Part shown: piece after piece, positions 9,074 to 17,448 of the stretch
Layout: every line of letters begins with the position of its first letter
Numbering within the stretch: position 1 is the first letter of the stretch
Source: Candidatus Iainarchaeum sp.
GTDB lineage: Archaea > Micrarchaeota > Micrarchaeia > Anstonellales > Bilamarchaeaceae
NCBI GenBank assembly: GCA_028711485.1
Contig: JAQTSF010000001.1
Location: 1 to 50,950 of the forward strand
Length of the DNA stretch: 50,950 bases
Reading direction: 5' to 3'
Position numbers and translations under genes: made by a program
Notes under the pieces: model-generated
Told to the model about the DNA's origin: nothing
The model's input: the letters and a program-made list of their open reading frames with translations, nothing else
Databases searched by the model: none

Positions 9074-9238
9074 GATTTATGAGGTTTTCACATGCGTGAT
9101 CCGTTTTAAACGTTGGTACGTTTAAAATATCCCGCATTAAGGTATTAAAGAGGTTTTCACATGCGTGATAATTCGAACTGACAATACAAGTTCAAATATC
9201 CCGCATTAAAGTATTTATGAGGTGTTCACATGCGTGAT
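9074..9238 (+). repeat. Triplicated SD + ATG-CGT-GAT module (43-nt block, period 69 nt) with two divergent 26-nt hairpin-forming inserts and two mini-ORFs
   Basis: Blocks at 9127-9169 and 9196-9238 differ at 4 positions; a partial copy is at 9074-9100. Mini-ORFs are MRDPF* (9092-9109) and MRDNSN* (9161-9181). Hairpin 9104-9127 has a 10-bp perfect stem. Confidence 0.8.
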
Positions 9239-10393
9239 GTAGCTATTATTGGAGTAGGAATGACCTCCTTTGGAGAACATTGGAGTAAAGGATTCAGGGA
9301 ACTTGTAGTGGAAGCAGGAACAAATGCATTAAAAGATGCTGGAATTTCAGGAGAAAAAGTAGATGCTGGTTTTGTAGGAACAATGGCTTCAGGTAAATTA
9401 ATTGGACAAGAACACATTGGTGCTCTAATTGCTGATTTTATGGGTCTTAACCCCATTCCAATTACGAGAGTGGAAGGAGCATGTGCATCAGGCTCTCTTG
9501 CATTAAGACAAGGAATTATGGCAGTAAGTTCAGGGATGCACGATACTGTAGTTGTTGGTGGAGTAGAAAAAATGACGGATTTAGGTACTACTGGAGTCAC
9601 CACCGCATTGGGTGGAGCTGGAGATCAAGAATGGGAGCTTTTTTTTGGTGCAACTTTTCCCGCATTATACGCCCTTATGGCAAGAAGACATATGATTGAT
9701 TTTGGAACAACTGAAGAAATGCTTGCTTCTGTTTCAGTTAAAAATCACAAACACGGTTCAATGAATCCCAATGCTCAATTCCAAAACCAAATAACCCTCC
9801 AAGATGTTTTAAATTCCAAAATGGTTGCAAATCCATTAAAAATTCTCGACTGTTCACCTATCTCTGACGGAGCTGCAGCATTAGTTTTAGTTCCTTTAGA
9901 AAAAGCACATAGTTATACAAAAAAACCAGTAAGAATTTTAGCATCTGCACAAGCAAGTGATACTATCTCTTTACATTCCAGAGAGAGTCTTACTGGAGTA
10001 AAATCAGCTCAAATAGCTTCTCAGAATGCTTATAAATATGCTAAACTTTCACCAAAAAATATTGACGTTGCAGAGGTTCATGATTGCTTCTCAATAGCAG
10101 AAATAATGGCAATAGAAGACTTAGGATTTTTTAAGAAAGGAGAAGGCGGCATTGCTTCATTAGAAGGGAGAACTTCTCTTGGAGGAGAAATTCCAATTAA
10201 TACCTCTGGTGGATTAAAAGCATGCGGTCACCCTGTGGGTGCAACAGGGGTAAAACAATTAGTGGAATTATATTGGCAGCTTAAAGGTGATGCAGGAAAC
10301 AGACAGGTAAAAGATGCAAACATTGGACTTTCCCATAATGTTGGGGGGAGTGGAGCAACAACAGTTGTTCATATTGTAAAAGGTGAGTGGTAA
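9230..10393 (+). CDS. Archaeal thiolase (acetyl-CoA C-acetyltransferase family)
   Basis: MRDVAIIGVGMTSFG, EGACASGSLA (catalytic Cys), VHDCFS, GGLKACGHPVGATG. Confidence 0.85.
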   Translation: MRDVAIIGVGMTSFGEHWSKGFRELVVEAGTNALKDAGISGEKVDAGFVGTMASGKLIGQEHIGALIADFMGLNPIPITRVEGACASGSLALRQGIMAVSSGMHDTVVVGGVEKMTDLGTTGVTTALGGAGDQEWELFFGATFPALYALMARRHMIDFGTTEEMLASVSVKNHKHGSMNPNAQFQNQITLQDVLNSKMVANPLKILDCSPISDGAAALVLVPLEKAHSYTKKPVRILASAQASDTISLHSRESLTGVKSAQIASQNAYKYAKLSPKNIDVAEVHDCFSIAEIMAIEDLGFFKKGEGGIASLEGRTSLGGEIPINTSGGLKACGHPVGATGVKQLVELYWQLKGDAGNRQVKDANIGLSHNVGGSGATTVVHIVKGEW

Positions 10394-10394
10394 T

Positions 10395-10796
10395 ATGAAA
10401 AGTTCTATTTCATTAACTTGGAGAAGGATTCCAGAGAGATATAGATTAGAAGGAAACGAGTGTATTAATTGCAAAACTGCATTTTTTCCTCCTAGGAATA
10501 TCTGCCCGAAATGCAGGAGAAAAGGAATTTTAAAACCAAAAAAATTTTCAGGAAAAGGGAGCATTTATTCTTATACTGAAATAGATATTCCACCTGAAGG
10601 TTTTGAAAATCAAGCTCCATATGTCCTTGCAATAATCGACTTGGTTGAGGGATCTAAAATTCTCGGTCAGATCGTTGATGCTCGTTTAGATGAGGTTCGT
10701 GTTGGTAGCAAAGTAGAACATGTTTTTAGGATGATACAAAAAGACGACCCCGAAGGGCTAATCCATTATGGGTTTAAATTTAAATTAGTTAAATAG
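10395..10796 (+). CDS. DUF35 zinc-ribbon/OB-fold protein (thiolase partner)
   Basis: ORF track 10383 starts at GTG; ATG at 10395 is preceded by AGGTGA. CINCKTAFFPPRNICPKC zinc ribbon followed by an OB-like C-terminus; overlaps or abuts the thiolase gene. Confidence 0.75.
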   Translation: MKSSISLTWRRIPERYRLEGNECINCKTAFFPPRNICPKCRRKGILKPKKFSGKGSIYSYTEIDIPPEGFENQAPYVLAIIDLVEGSKILGQIVDARLDEVRVGSKVEHVFRMIQKDDPEGLIHYGFKFKLVK

Positions 10797-10837
10797 AAAA
10801 CAACACTATTTTTATTTTTTCTATTTATTCTATACTT

Positions 10838-11617
10838 ATGGAAACTCATGCTGCTGTGCTTTCAGGATTTGGTTTAAATTCAGAATATGAAACTGCTTAT
10901 GCAATAAAACTTTCAGGGGGAAATGTAGATATTATTCATTTAAATCAATTTATAGACGCACCATCTCTTCTACATACTTATAATTTTTTAGTTCTTCCAG
11001 GAGGATTTTCGTATTCTGATCATTTAGGTGCCGCAAAGGTTTTTTCCAATAAACTCTTTTTTAAGCTTAAAAAAGAACTTTCTGAATTTATAAGTGAAAA
11101 AAAACTTATTCTAGGAATTTGTAATGGTTTTCAAATGCTTGTAAAACTAGGTCTTTTACCCTATTCTGATTTTAAACAAAAAGTAACTCTTAGTTACAAT
11201 GATTCTGGAAAATTTGAGGATAGGTGGGTAAGATTAAAAGCAAATAAAAATTCTCCATGCATCTATACTAAAGATATTGATTTTTTCGATTTGCCTGTTC
11301 GTCACGGAGAAGGTAAATTAATAATCCCCAATCAGGAAATATTGTTTGATATTTTAAATCACAATCTTTTCCCATTACAATATGTGGATTCAGAAGGAAA
11401 ACTTTCAGGGTATCCATTCAATCCGAACGGTTCCATAAATAATATTGCTGGGTTGTGCGATCCTACCGGAAGAATTTTTGGATTGATGCCCCATCCTGAA
11501 TGTTATAATACATTTGCAAACCATCCATTATGGACTTCTCTTTCCTCTAAAGAAATAAGAGAAGGACATGGATTAAAGATTTTTAAAAATGCAGTAAATT
11601 ATCTTAAAACCCAATAA
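10838..11617 (+). CDS. purQ: Phosphoribosylformylglycinamidine synthase, glutamine amidotransferase subunit
   Basis: LVLPGGFSYSD, GICNGFQMLVKLGLLP (Cys nucleophile), GLMPHPE. Confidence 0.85.
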   Translation: METHAAVLSGFGLNSEYETAYAIKLSGGNVDIIHLNQFIDAPSLLHTYNFLVLPGGFSYSDHLGAAKVFSNKLFFKLKKELSEFISEKKLILGICNGFQMLVKLGLLPYSDFKQKVTLSYNDSGKFEDRWVRLKANKNSPCIYTKDIDFFDLPVRHGEGKLIIPNQEILFDILNHNLFPLQYVDSEGKLSGYPFNPNGSINNIAGLCDPTGRIFGLMPHPECYNTFANHPLWTSLSSKEIREGHGLKIFKNAVNYLKTQ

Positions 11618-11707
11618 TTTTAACTTATCAAAAATAGACAACACAGACAAACAACGAAATCTATTTAAATGATTGTCTTAATAGTATTTTAGTCAATTGG
11701 TGCACAT

Positions 11708-11779
11708 ATGAATAAGATAAAATTGGAAATCAGTGTGAACTGTTGTTCACAACTCTCTAACTTTAAGGTGAGATCATGA
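11708..11779 (+). promoter_or_regulatory. 23-codon upstream ORF (MNKIKLEISVNCCSQLSNFKVRS) with an internal palindrome; its stop overlaps the main start (ATGA)
   Basis: GGTG lies 5 nt upstream of ATG 11708. The first 8 codons encode the same peptide as the downstream gene using 5 synonymous third-position changes. TGTGAAC-tgtt-GTTCACA is at 11734-11751, and TGA 11777-11779 overlaps ATG 11776-11778. Confidence 0.5.
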
Positions 11780-12459
11780 ATAAAATTAAGTTAGAGATCG
11801 CTGGAGAAATTTCACTTTCAACTGACCCCGGATCTACAATGAGAAAATGGAGAGAAATATTTGGTATAAGTCAGGTTGAACTTGCCAATTACTTAAATAT
11901 AACTGTTTCAACTATAAGTGATTATGAAGGTAATAGGAGAAAATCTCCTGGTTCGGCAATAATAAGAAGATTTGTGAATTCATTATTTGATATTGATCTA
12001 AAGAAAGGCGGTTTGATTTCAAGAAAATTAACTGAGAATGAGAAAACCACAAACGATTTTTTTGAGGTCCACGAATTTGCCAGAAGTATTAAATTATCTG
12101 ATTTTATTTCTCTAATAGATGGTAAAATCCATACAAATAAAGAATTAATAGATTCCAAAAAAATCTATGGTTATACTCTTATAGATAGTATAAAAACTAT
12201 TTTAGAAATGCCTTTTTCCTATTTTACTTCTCTTTATGGAAATATAAGTGAAAGGGTATTCCTATTCACAGGAGTTTCAACAGGTAGAAGTCCTTTAGTT
12301 GTAGTTAGGGTAAGTCCAAACAAACCTTCAGCGGTAGTTCTTCATGGAGTTGAAAAAATAGATAAACTTGCGCTTAAAATTTCAGAAAGAGAACAGATTC
12401 CGATAATTTCAACAAAAATGTCTATAAATGAAATAAAAGAAAAATTAAATAGTATATAG
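11776..12459 (+). CDS. XRE-family HTH transcriptional regulator with uncharacterised C-terminal domain
   Basis: MRKWREIFGISQVELANYLNITVSTISDYEGNRR is a Cro/C1-type HTH. The C-terminal 150 aa are unassigned. Confidence 0.65.
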   Translation: MNKIKLEIAGEISLSTDPGSTMRKWREIFGISQVELANYLNITVSTISDYEGNRRKSPGSAIIRRFVNSLFDIDLKKGGLISRKLTENEKTTNDFFEVHEFARSIKLSDFISLIDGKIHTNKELIDSKKIYGYTLIDSIKTILEMPFSYFTSLYGNISERVFLFTGVSTGRSPLVVVRVSPNKPSAVVLHGVEKIDKLALKISEREQIPIISTKMSINEIKEKLNSI

Positions 12460-12502
12460 TTATTTTTTATTGTATTGTAAATTCTATCAAATTTTCAATA
12501 CA

Positions 12503-12525
12503 GACAAAATTTATGAAATTTTGTC
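12503..12525. terminator. Perfect hairpin GACAAAATTT-atg-AAATTTTGTC between convergent genes
   Basis: 10-bp stem read directly. It straddles the guaAa stop codon, 44 nt after the HTH gene stop. A role in archaeal termination is uncertain. Confidence 0.3.
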
Positions 12526-13092
12526 CACTAATGAAAGAAAATTACTTATTATATTTTCTCCGTACTCAGTATGCCAAACTTCTGGGTGAAATTGCACTCC
12601 ATAAATTTTCTTTTTCTTATGCTTTATCGCTTCATATGCACATACTTCAGAATGAGCTAGAGGTATAAATTCTTCAGGTATTTTTTTTACTTCATCAAAA
12701 TGTGAAACCCATACATTAAATTCTTTTGCTACACCTTTAAACAAATCATTTTCTTGATCAATAGTAATTTTAGTTATTCCATATTCCGCACTTTTTCCTT
12801 TTTGCACAATCCCCCCAAATTCATGGGCTATAAATTGATGCCCTAAACAAACTCCTAAAATCGGAAGATTTAATTCATTATTTTTTGCTTTTTCAACAAT
12901 TTCCTTTGCAATACCCAAATCATCTTTATACGCATTTCCAGGTCCGCCGCTCAATATAAATGCAGCTGCATTTTTTAATTCTTTAAAATTCACATCTCTT
13001 CTTTTTATCTCAGGAGAATACCCCAAATCTCTAACAGTTCTCCAGATAACATGAGTATATTGACTTCCTAAATCAATTATATATACAACCAT
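12511..13092 (-). CDS. guaA: GMP synthase subunit A (glutamine amidotransferase)
   Basis: GVCLGHQFIA, VQFHPEV; 193 aa; directly downstream of subunit B (split archaeal arrangement). Confidence 0.85.
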   Translation of the reverse strand: MVVYIIDLGSQYTHVIWRTVRDLGYSPEIKRRDVNFKELKNAAAFILSGGPGNAYKDDLGIAKEIVEKAKNNELNLPILGVCLGHQFIAHEFGGIVQKGKSAEYGITKITIDQENDLFKGVAKEFNVWVSHFDEVKKIPEEFIPLAHSEVCAYEAIKHKKKKIYGVQFHPEVWHTEYGENIISNFLSLVDKIS

Positions 13093-14049
13093 TTATTCCA
13101 TCTCAATTGTTGCAGGAGGTTTATTTGTTATATCATAAAAAACCCTTCCAACCTCTTTTATTTCATTAGTTATTCTTGTAGATATTCTTTCAAGTACTTT
13201 TGGAGGAAAATGTGAAAAATTAGCAGTCATACCATCCAATGATCTCACTGCACGTATAACTATCGTATATTGATACGCTCTCTCATCTCCACGTACCCCC
13301 ACTGTTTTTATAGGAAACATTGCTGCAAAATATTGCCATGGTTTTTCAATTTCTTTTTTCTCACTTGCCTTTTCAATCTCTTCCTCTACAATAACCGAGG
13401 CTTTTCGTACTATTTCTACTTTTTCAGGAGTTACTTCTCCAACAACTCTCACGGCAAGTGCAGGCCCTGGAAAAGGCTGTCTCTCACTTAATTCTTCTTT
13501 CAATCCCAATTCTCTTGCAACCATTCTTACCTCGTGTTTATATAAATCTCTGAGCGGTTCGCATAATTTTAATTTCATATCCAAAGGAAGTCCTGCCACA
13601 TTATGGTGTGATTTTATAGTGTCTCTTCCACCACCACCACTTTCAATCCAATCCGGACCTATTGTTCCCTGAACTAAAAAAGACACTTTCTCTTCTTTCG
13701 CAATTTTTTGGAATACTTCTATAAATTCCTTTCCAATTATTTTTCTTTTTTCTTCAGGGTTAGTTATTCCTTTAAGTTCTTTAAAAAATTTATCACTTGC
13801 ATTTTCTACTTTTATATTTATACCCGCTCTTTTAAGGGTTTTTTCAACTTTTTCTGTTTCATTTTCCCTCATAAGACCGGTATCAACAAAAACACAAACA
13901 AGATTCTTTCCAATTGCCTTTCCTACAAGAACCGAAGCAACAGTGCTGTCCACCCCTCCAGAAATACCTGCAATTGCTTTTTCTTTACCTATTTGTTCTT
14001 TTATCTTAGGAATAGTTTCTTCTATAAATTTTTTAGGATTAAAAGGCAT
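13093..14049 (-). CDS. guaA: GMP synthase subunit B (ATP pyrophosphatase)
   Basis: ISGGVDSTVASVL PP-loop; C-terminal dimerisation domain ending PPATIEME. Confidence 0.9.
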   Translation of the reverse strand: MPFNPKKFIEETIPKIKEQIGKEKAIAGISGGVDSTVASVLVGKAIGKNLVCVFVDTGLMRENETEKVEKTLKRAGINIKVENASDKFFKELKGITNPEEKRKIIGKEFIEVFQKIAKEEKVSFLVQGTIGPDWIESGGGGRDTIKSHHNVAGLPLDMKLKLCEPLRDLYKHEVRMVARELGLKEELSERQPFPGPALAVRVVGEVTPEKVEIVRKASVIVEEEIEKASEKKEIEKPWQYFAAMFPIKTVGVRGDERAYQYTIVIRAVRSLDGMTANFSHFPPKVLERISTRITNEIKEVGRVFYDITNKPPATIEME

Positions 14050-14103
14050 ATCTAGATATTATGGGAATGCTTTTATAATGTTTTTTCTTATTTATATTCC
14101 CTT

Positions 14104-15711
14104 ATGGGAGAGAAAAAACCAAAATTAATCTTTGTTGCAGGATCAATAATGTCTGGTCTTGGAAAAGGAATATTAACTGCTTCAATAGCAAAACTTCTTC
14201 AATCCAGAGGATATTCAATAATACCAATAAAATTTGACGGATATTTGAATGTAGATTGCGGAACAATGAATCCATTTCGACATGGTGAAGTTTTTGTATT
14301 AGATGACGGTTCTGAAGTTGATTTGGATTTTGGAACCTATGAACGTTTTCTAAACATTTCATTGAATCAAAACAATAGCATAACTGGAGGAAAATTATTC
14401 CGGGCGCTCTTGGAAAAGGAAAGAAGAGGAGATTTTCTAGGGAGAGATGTTCAATTTATTCCACACCTAACTAATGAGATAAAAGAAAGAATCAGTACTG
14501 TTTCAAAAGAAACAAATGCTGATATTATAATAGTTGAAATTGGTGGAACTGTAGGCGATATGGAAAATGGTTATTTTTTAGAAGCAGTTCGTCAATTATA
14601 TAATGAAAATCCTGAATCCTTATTTGTTCAATTAACTTACGTACCCAGTATTTCACAAGGAGAACAAAAAACAAAACCAACCCAACAAGCCAATCGTTTA
14701 ATACAAAGTATGGGAATAAAACCAGACATTATTGTATGTAGGGAACAGGAGCCTTTGAAAAAAGAGGCAAAAGAAAAAATATCTTTATTTTGCGATGTTC
14801 CGATCGAAGCTATTTTTGACGATCCTATGGTGGATACTGTTTATGAACTTCCTTTAGTTCTTGAAAAACAAGGAATTTATGAGGTAATTTCAAAAAAATT
14901 AAATCTTATGAAAAAAGAAGAAGATCTTAAAAATTGGAGAACGCTTGTTTCTAGAATAAAAAATCCGACCAAAGGAACATTAAGAATTGGTGTTATTGGC
15001 AAATATACTGAGGTAAAAGATGCGTATTTAAGCATAAAAGAAGCTCTTCTTCATTCAGCAGCAAATTTAGGAGTAAGTATCATTGTTGATTGGTTGGAAT
15101 CCACTGATTTTGAGGAAAAAAATGATTATTCAAGTCTGAAAAAATTAGATGGTATTATAGTTCCTGGTGGTTTTGGGAAAAGAGGTATAGAAGGAAAAAT
15201 TACTGCAATAAAATTTGCAAGAGAAAACAATATCCCATTCCTCGGTTTATGTTTGGGGATGCAACTCATGGTTGTTGAATTTGCGAGAAATGTTTGCTCT
15301 CTTGAAGAAGCAAATTCAAAAGAATTTAATGCAAATACACCTCACCCAATAATTTGCCTTCTTCCAGAACAGCATAGAATAATTGAAAAAGGAGGAACAA
15401 TGAGATTAGGAGCTTATGACGCCAAATTAGAAAAAGGAACATTTACGTATAAAACCTATAATCAGGAAACTATTTCTGAAAGGCACAGGCATAGATACGA
15501 GGTTAATCCTGATTATGTAGATAAATTAAAAGAAAAAGGACTAATAATTTCAGGAGTGCATACAAAAAATAACATTGTAGAAATCGCAGAATGGCCAAAT
15601 AATTATGGATTTGGTGTTGCTACTCAGGCACACATAGAACTTAAAAGTAGGTTAGAAAATCCAGCTCCATTATTTTTATCATTTATAAAAGCAGCAATGA
15701 AAGAGAAATGA
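14104..15711 (+). CDS. pyrG: CTP synthase
   Basis: GSIMSGLGKG, GGTVGDMEN, GLCLGMQ, HRHRYEVN. Confidence 0.95.
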   Translation: MGEKKPKLIFVAGSIMSGLGKGILTASIAKLLQSRGYSIIPIKFDGYLNVDCGTMNPFRHGEVFVLDDGSEVDLDFGTYERFLNISLNQNNSITGGKLFRALLEKERRGDFLGRDVQFIPHLTNEIKERISTVSKETNADIIIVEIGGTVGDMENGYFLEAVRQLYNENPESLFVQLTYVPSISQGEQKTKPTQQANRLIQSMGIKPDIIVCREQEPLKKEAKEKISLFCDVPIEAIFDDPMVDTVYELPLVLEKQGIYEVISKKLNLMKKEEDLKNWRTLVSRIKNPTKGTLRIGVIGKYTEVKDAYLSIKEALLHSAANLGVSIIVDWLESTDFEEKNDYSSLKKLDGIIVPGGFGKRGIEGKITAIKFARENNIPFLGLCLGMQLMVVEFARNVCSLEEANSKEFNANTPHPIICLLPEQHRIIEKGGTMRLGAYDAKLEKGTFTYKTYNQETISERHRHRYEVNPDYVDKLKEKGLIISGVHTKNNIVEIAEWPNNYGFGVATQAHIELKSRLENPAPLFLSFIKAAMKEK

Positions 15712-15712
15712 A

Positions 15713-17401
15713 TTATTTAGTTAATCTTCTCAATTCAAACCATTTATTATTAACTATAAAATTAATTATTGTTTTTACCATTCCTTTAATATATACACTG
15801 AATCTTCTAAATTTTAATTTTGCTTTTTCCCAGAATCTGTATTTTGGATTCGCACTTCTTGATTTAACTATTCTTAAAACTCCTTGTTCATCAACCTCAG
15901 AAAATACAACTGCACTTAATCTAACTTCTTTTCTTTCCATTCCACCAACAATTTCTATTGATTTTGGTTTTCTATTTTCTGATGTTAATCTTTGCACCAG
16001 TGTTGGCGCCATTAATACTCTGGTGAACCCTGCTCCAAAACCATCTCCACCAAGTAAATACTCTGCACTTCTTCTCTTTGGACTGCGTCCATCTCTTCCA
16101 CCAAAAGGTTTTGTTTCATGTTCATCACTTTCATAATGCGTATCTAGGCCTATTCTACTGAACAAATGCGCAAATGCCATATTAACTGCATTTGGTGTTG
16201 CTACTACCCCACTACGTGGTCCAAAAAATTCATTAATAGATGAAGGTATTGCATTAGCCAGCCAATAATTACCAACCTGCATTCTATCATGAGAACTTAG
16301 ATTGTTAAAAGCAGCTATCGAAGTGCACATTCTTGCAAAACCAATTGCTTCAAAAGGTTCCAGTAATCCTGTTTCAACTGCGCTAAACATTCCTGTAATA
16401 TGCAATCTAGGATCCAATCCATGACCATTCCTCTCTAAAAGTTGCAAAAATCCATCCGAAATATGCATCTCTTGTATTGCTCCATGAGCAACTAATAAAG
16501 CAACCTTACCTTTTTTTCTTAAGGGTTCAAGAACACGAAACATTTCAATCATATGCATTCCTGAGAAATAAGGAGGCATTTTAAGATCAGGGTCTCTTCT
16601 TTCTAAAATTTCTCTTCTAACCATTTCTACAGTTCTTATACTATCACACATTATTACAACATGAGGTCCGTTTAATACTCCTACAGTCATTGTAAGTTCA
16701 AAACCAGGCACATAAGTCATTCCAATAGCCCTCCCAATACTCTTAAGCATTCTATGCATTCTTTCATTAGAACTATTGTGTGGTGTTGGGCAAAAAACAT
16801 CTGTATTATACACCATTAATCTTCTAAGAATATCTGCCATTTTTGATCCCCCATCATCAAAGATAACATCGCTTGATCTAAAAAGATGATTTGCATGGAA
16901 ATGTACCTGCATTCTATAATCTTCTGCTCCTTTATAAGCTGCAGTTTGAACTATTTCATTAACCACTCTTGCAACCTCTCTTTCACTGCTTCCAGGGTTC
17001 AAAACCCTTTTTATAAAAATTTCTTCTGGAGGAAGAAACAATGCTCCTTCATCAGCTCTTGGATTAGTATAAACAACTTCAACATTTCCTTCATTTTCTC
17101 TAAAGTAAACAAAAAAATTAGATCGTGCTTTACCAACACCTAAATTATAAACAACTTCATTAGCTTTTACTACTCCTGTTTTTTCCTCAGAACCTATAAG
17201 ACCATGTTTTCTTAATTCCCCATCTATATCTTTAGCAACTATTCTTCCAAATCCAACTCTACCCATCATTCTATCAAATAGTTCTATAATCTGATTTTTT
17301 TGTAATCTCCTTCCACCCAAAAGCCCTATTTTTGCTATTAACCCAATTCGTTCTGGAGCATTGGAAGGTTGTTTTCCATGTGTCGCTATAAGTTGTTTCA
17401 T
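15713..17401 (-). CDS. Conserved-looking 562-aa protein of unknown function (HxHxxH motif, basic C-terminal tail)
   Basis: Long uninterrupted ORF with complex, enzyme-like composition (R/G/H/M/A-rich, unlike neighbouring K/I/N-rich proteins). QVHFHANHLFRSSD; no P-loop and no Cys cluster. I cannot place it in a family. TATA-like run TTTATATATAAATATAT lies about 9-27 nt upstream of the ATG on the minus strand. Confidence 0.75.
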   Translation of the reverse strand: MKQLIATHGKQPSNAPERIGLIAKIGLLGGRRLQKNQIIELFDRMMGRVGFGRIVAKDIDGELRKHGLIGSEEKTGVVKANEVVYNLGVGKARSNFFVYFRENEGNVEVVYTNPRADEGALFLPPEEIFIKRVLNPGSSEREVARVVNEIVQTAAYKGAEDYRMQVHFHANHLFRSSDVIFDDGGSKMADILRRLMVYNTDVFCPTPHNSSNERMHRMLKSIGRAIGMTYVPGFELTMTVGVLNGPHVVIMCDSIRTVEMVRREILERRDPDLKMPPYFSGMHMIEMFRVLEPLRKKGKVALLVAHGAIQEMHISDGFLQLLERNGHGLDPRLHITGMFSAVETGLLEPFEAIGFARMCTSIAAFNNLSSHDRMQVGNYWLANAIPSSINEFFGPRSGVVATPNAVNMAFAHLFSRIGLDTHYESDEHETKPFGGRDGRSPKRRSAEYLLGGDGFGAGFTRVLMAPTLVQRLTSENRKPKSIEIVGGMERKEVRLSAVVFSEVDEQGVLRIVKSRSANPKYRFWEKAKLKFRRFSVYIKGMVKTIINFIVNNKWFELRRLTK

Positions 17402-17448
17402 AAATACACATATATATTTATATATAAACTTTATAAAAACCTATCTTT

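Noticed and set aside
9074-9238. CRISPR-like geometry (43-nt repeat, 26-nt spacers).
   Set aside because: There are only two spacers. The last repeat is the functional SD and start codon of the thiolase, the spacers are themselves palindromic, and no cas genes or leader are in the window.
9226-9603. Antisense or shadow ORFs in the supplied track. Examples: 9226-9603(-), 7156-7602(+), 8287-8607(+), 15708-16136(+), 23722-24105(-), 25394-25780(+), 40318-40605(-), 47873-48301(+), 13708-14055(+), 10268-10564(-).
   Set aside because: Each lies opposite or out of frame within a strongly supported conserved gene, has low-complexity S/F/L/I-rich composition, and lacks start context.
14061-14109. tATGGGA repeated 43 nt upstream of the pyrG start, as another start-codon echo (mini-ORF MGMLL*).
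   Set aside because: The match is only 7 nt and lies upstream of the likely TATA box (CTTTTATAAT), which is compatible with chance in a short AT-rich spacer.
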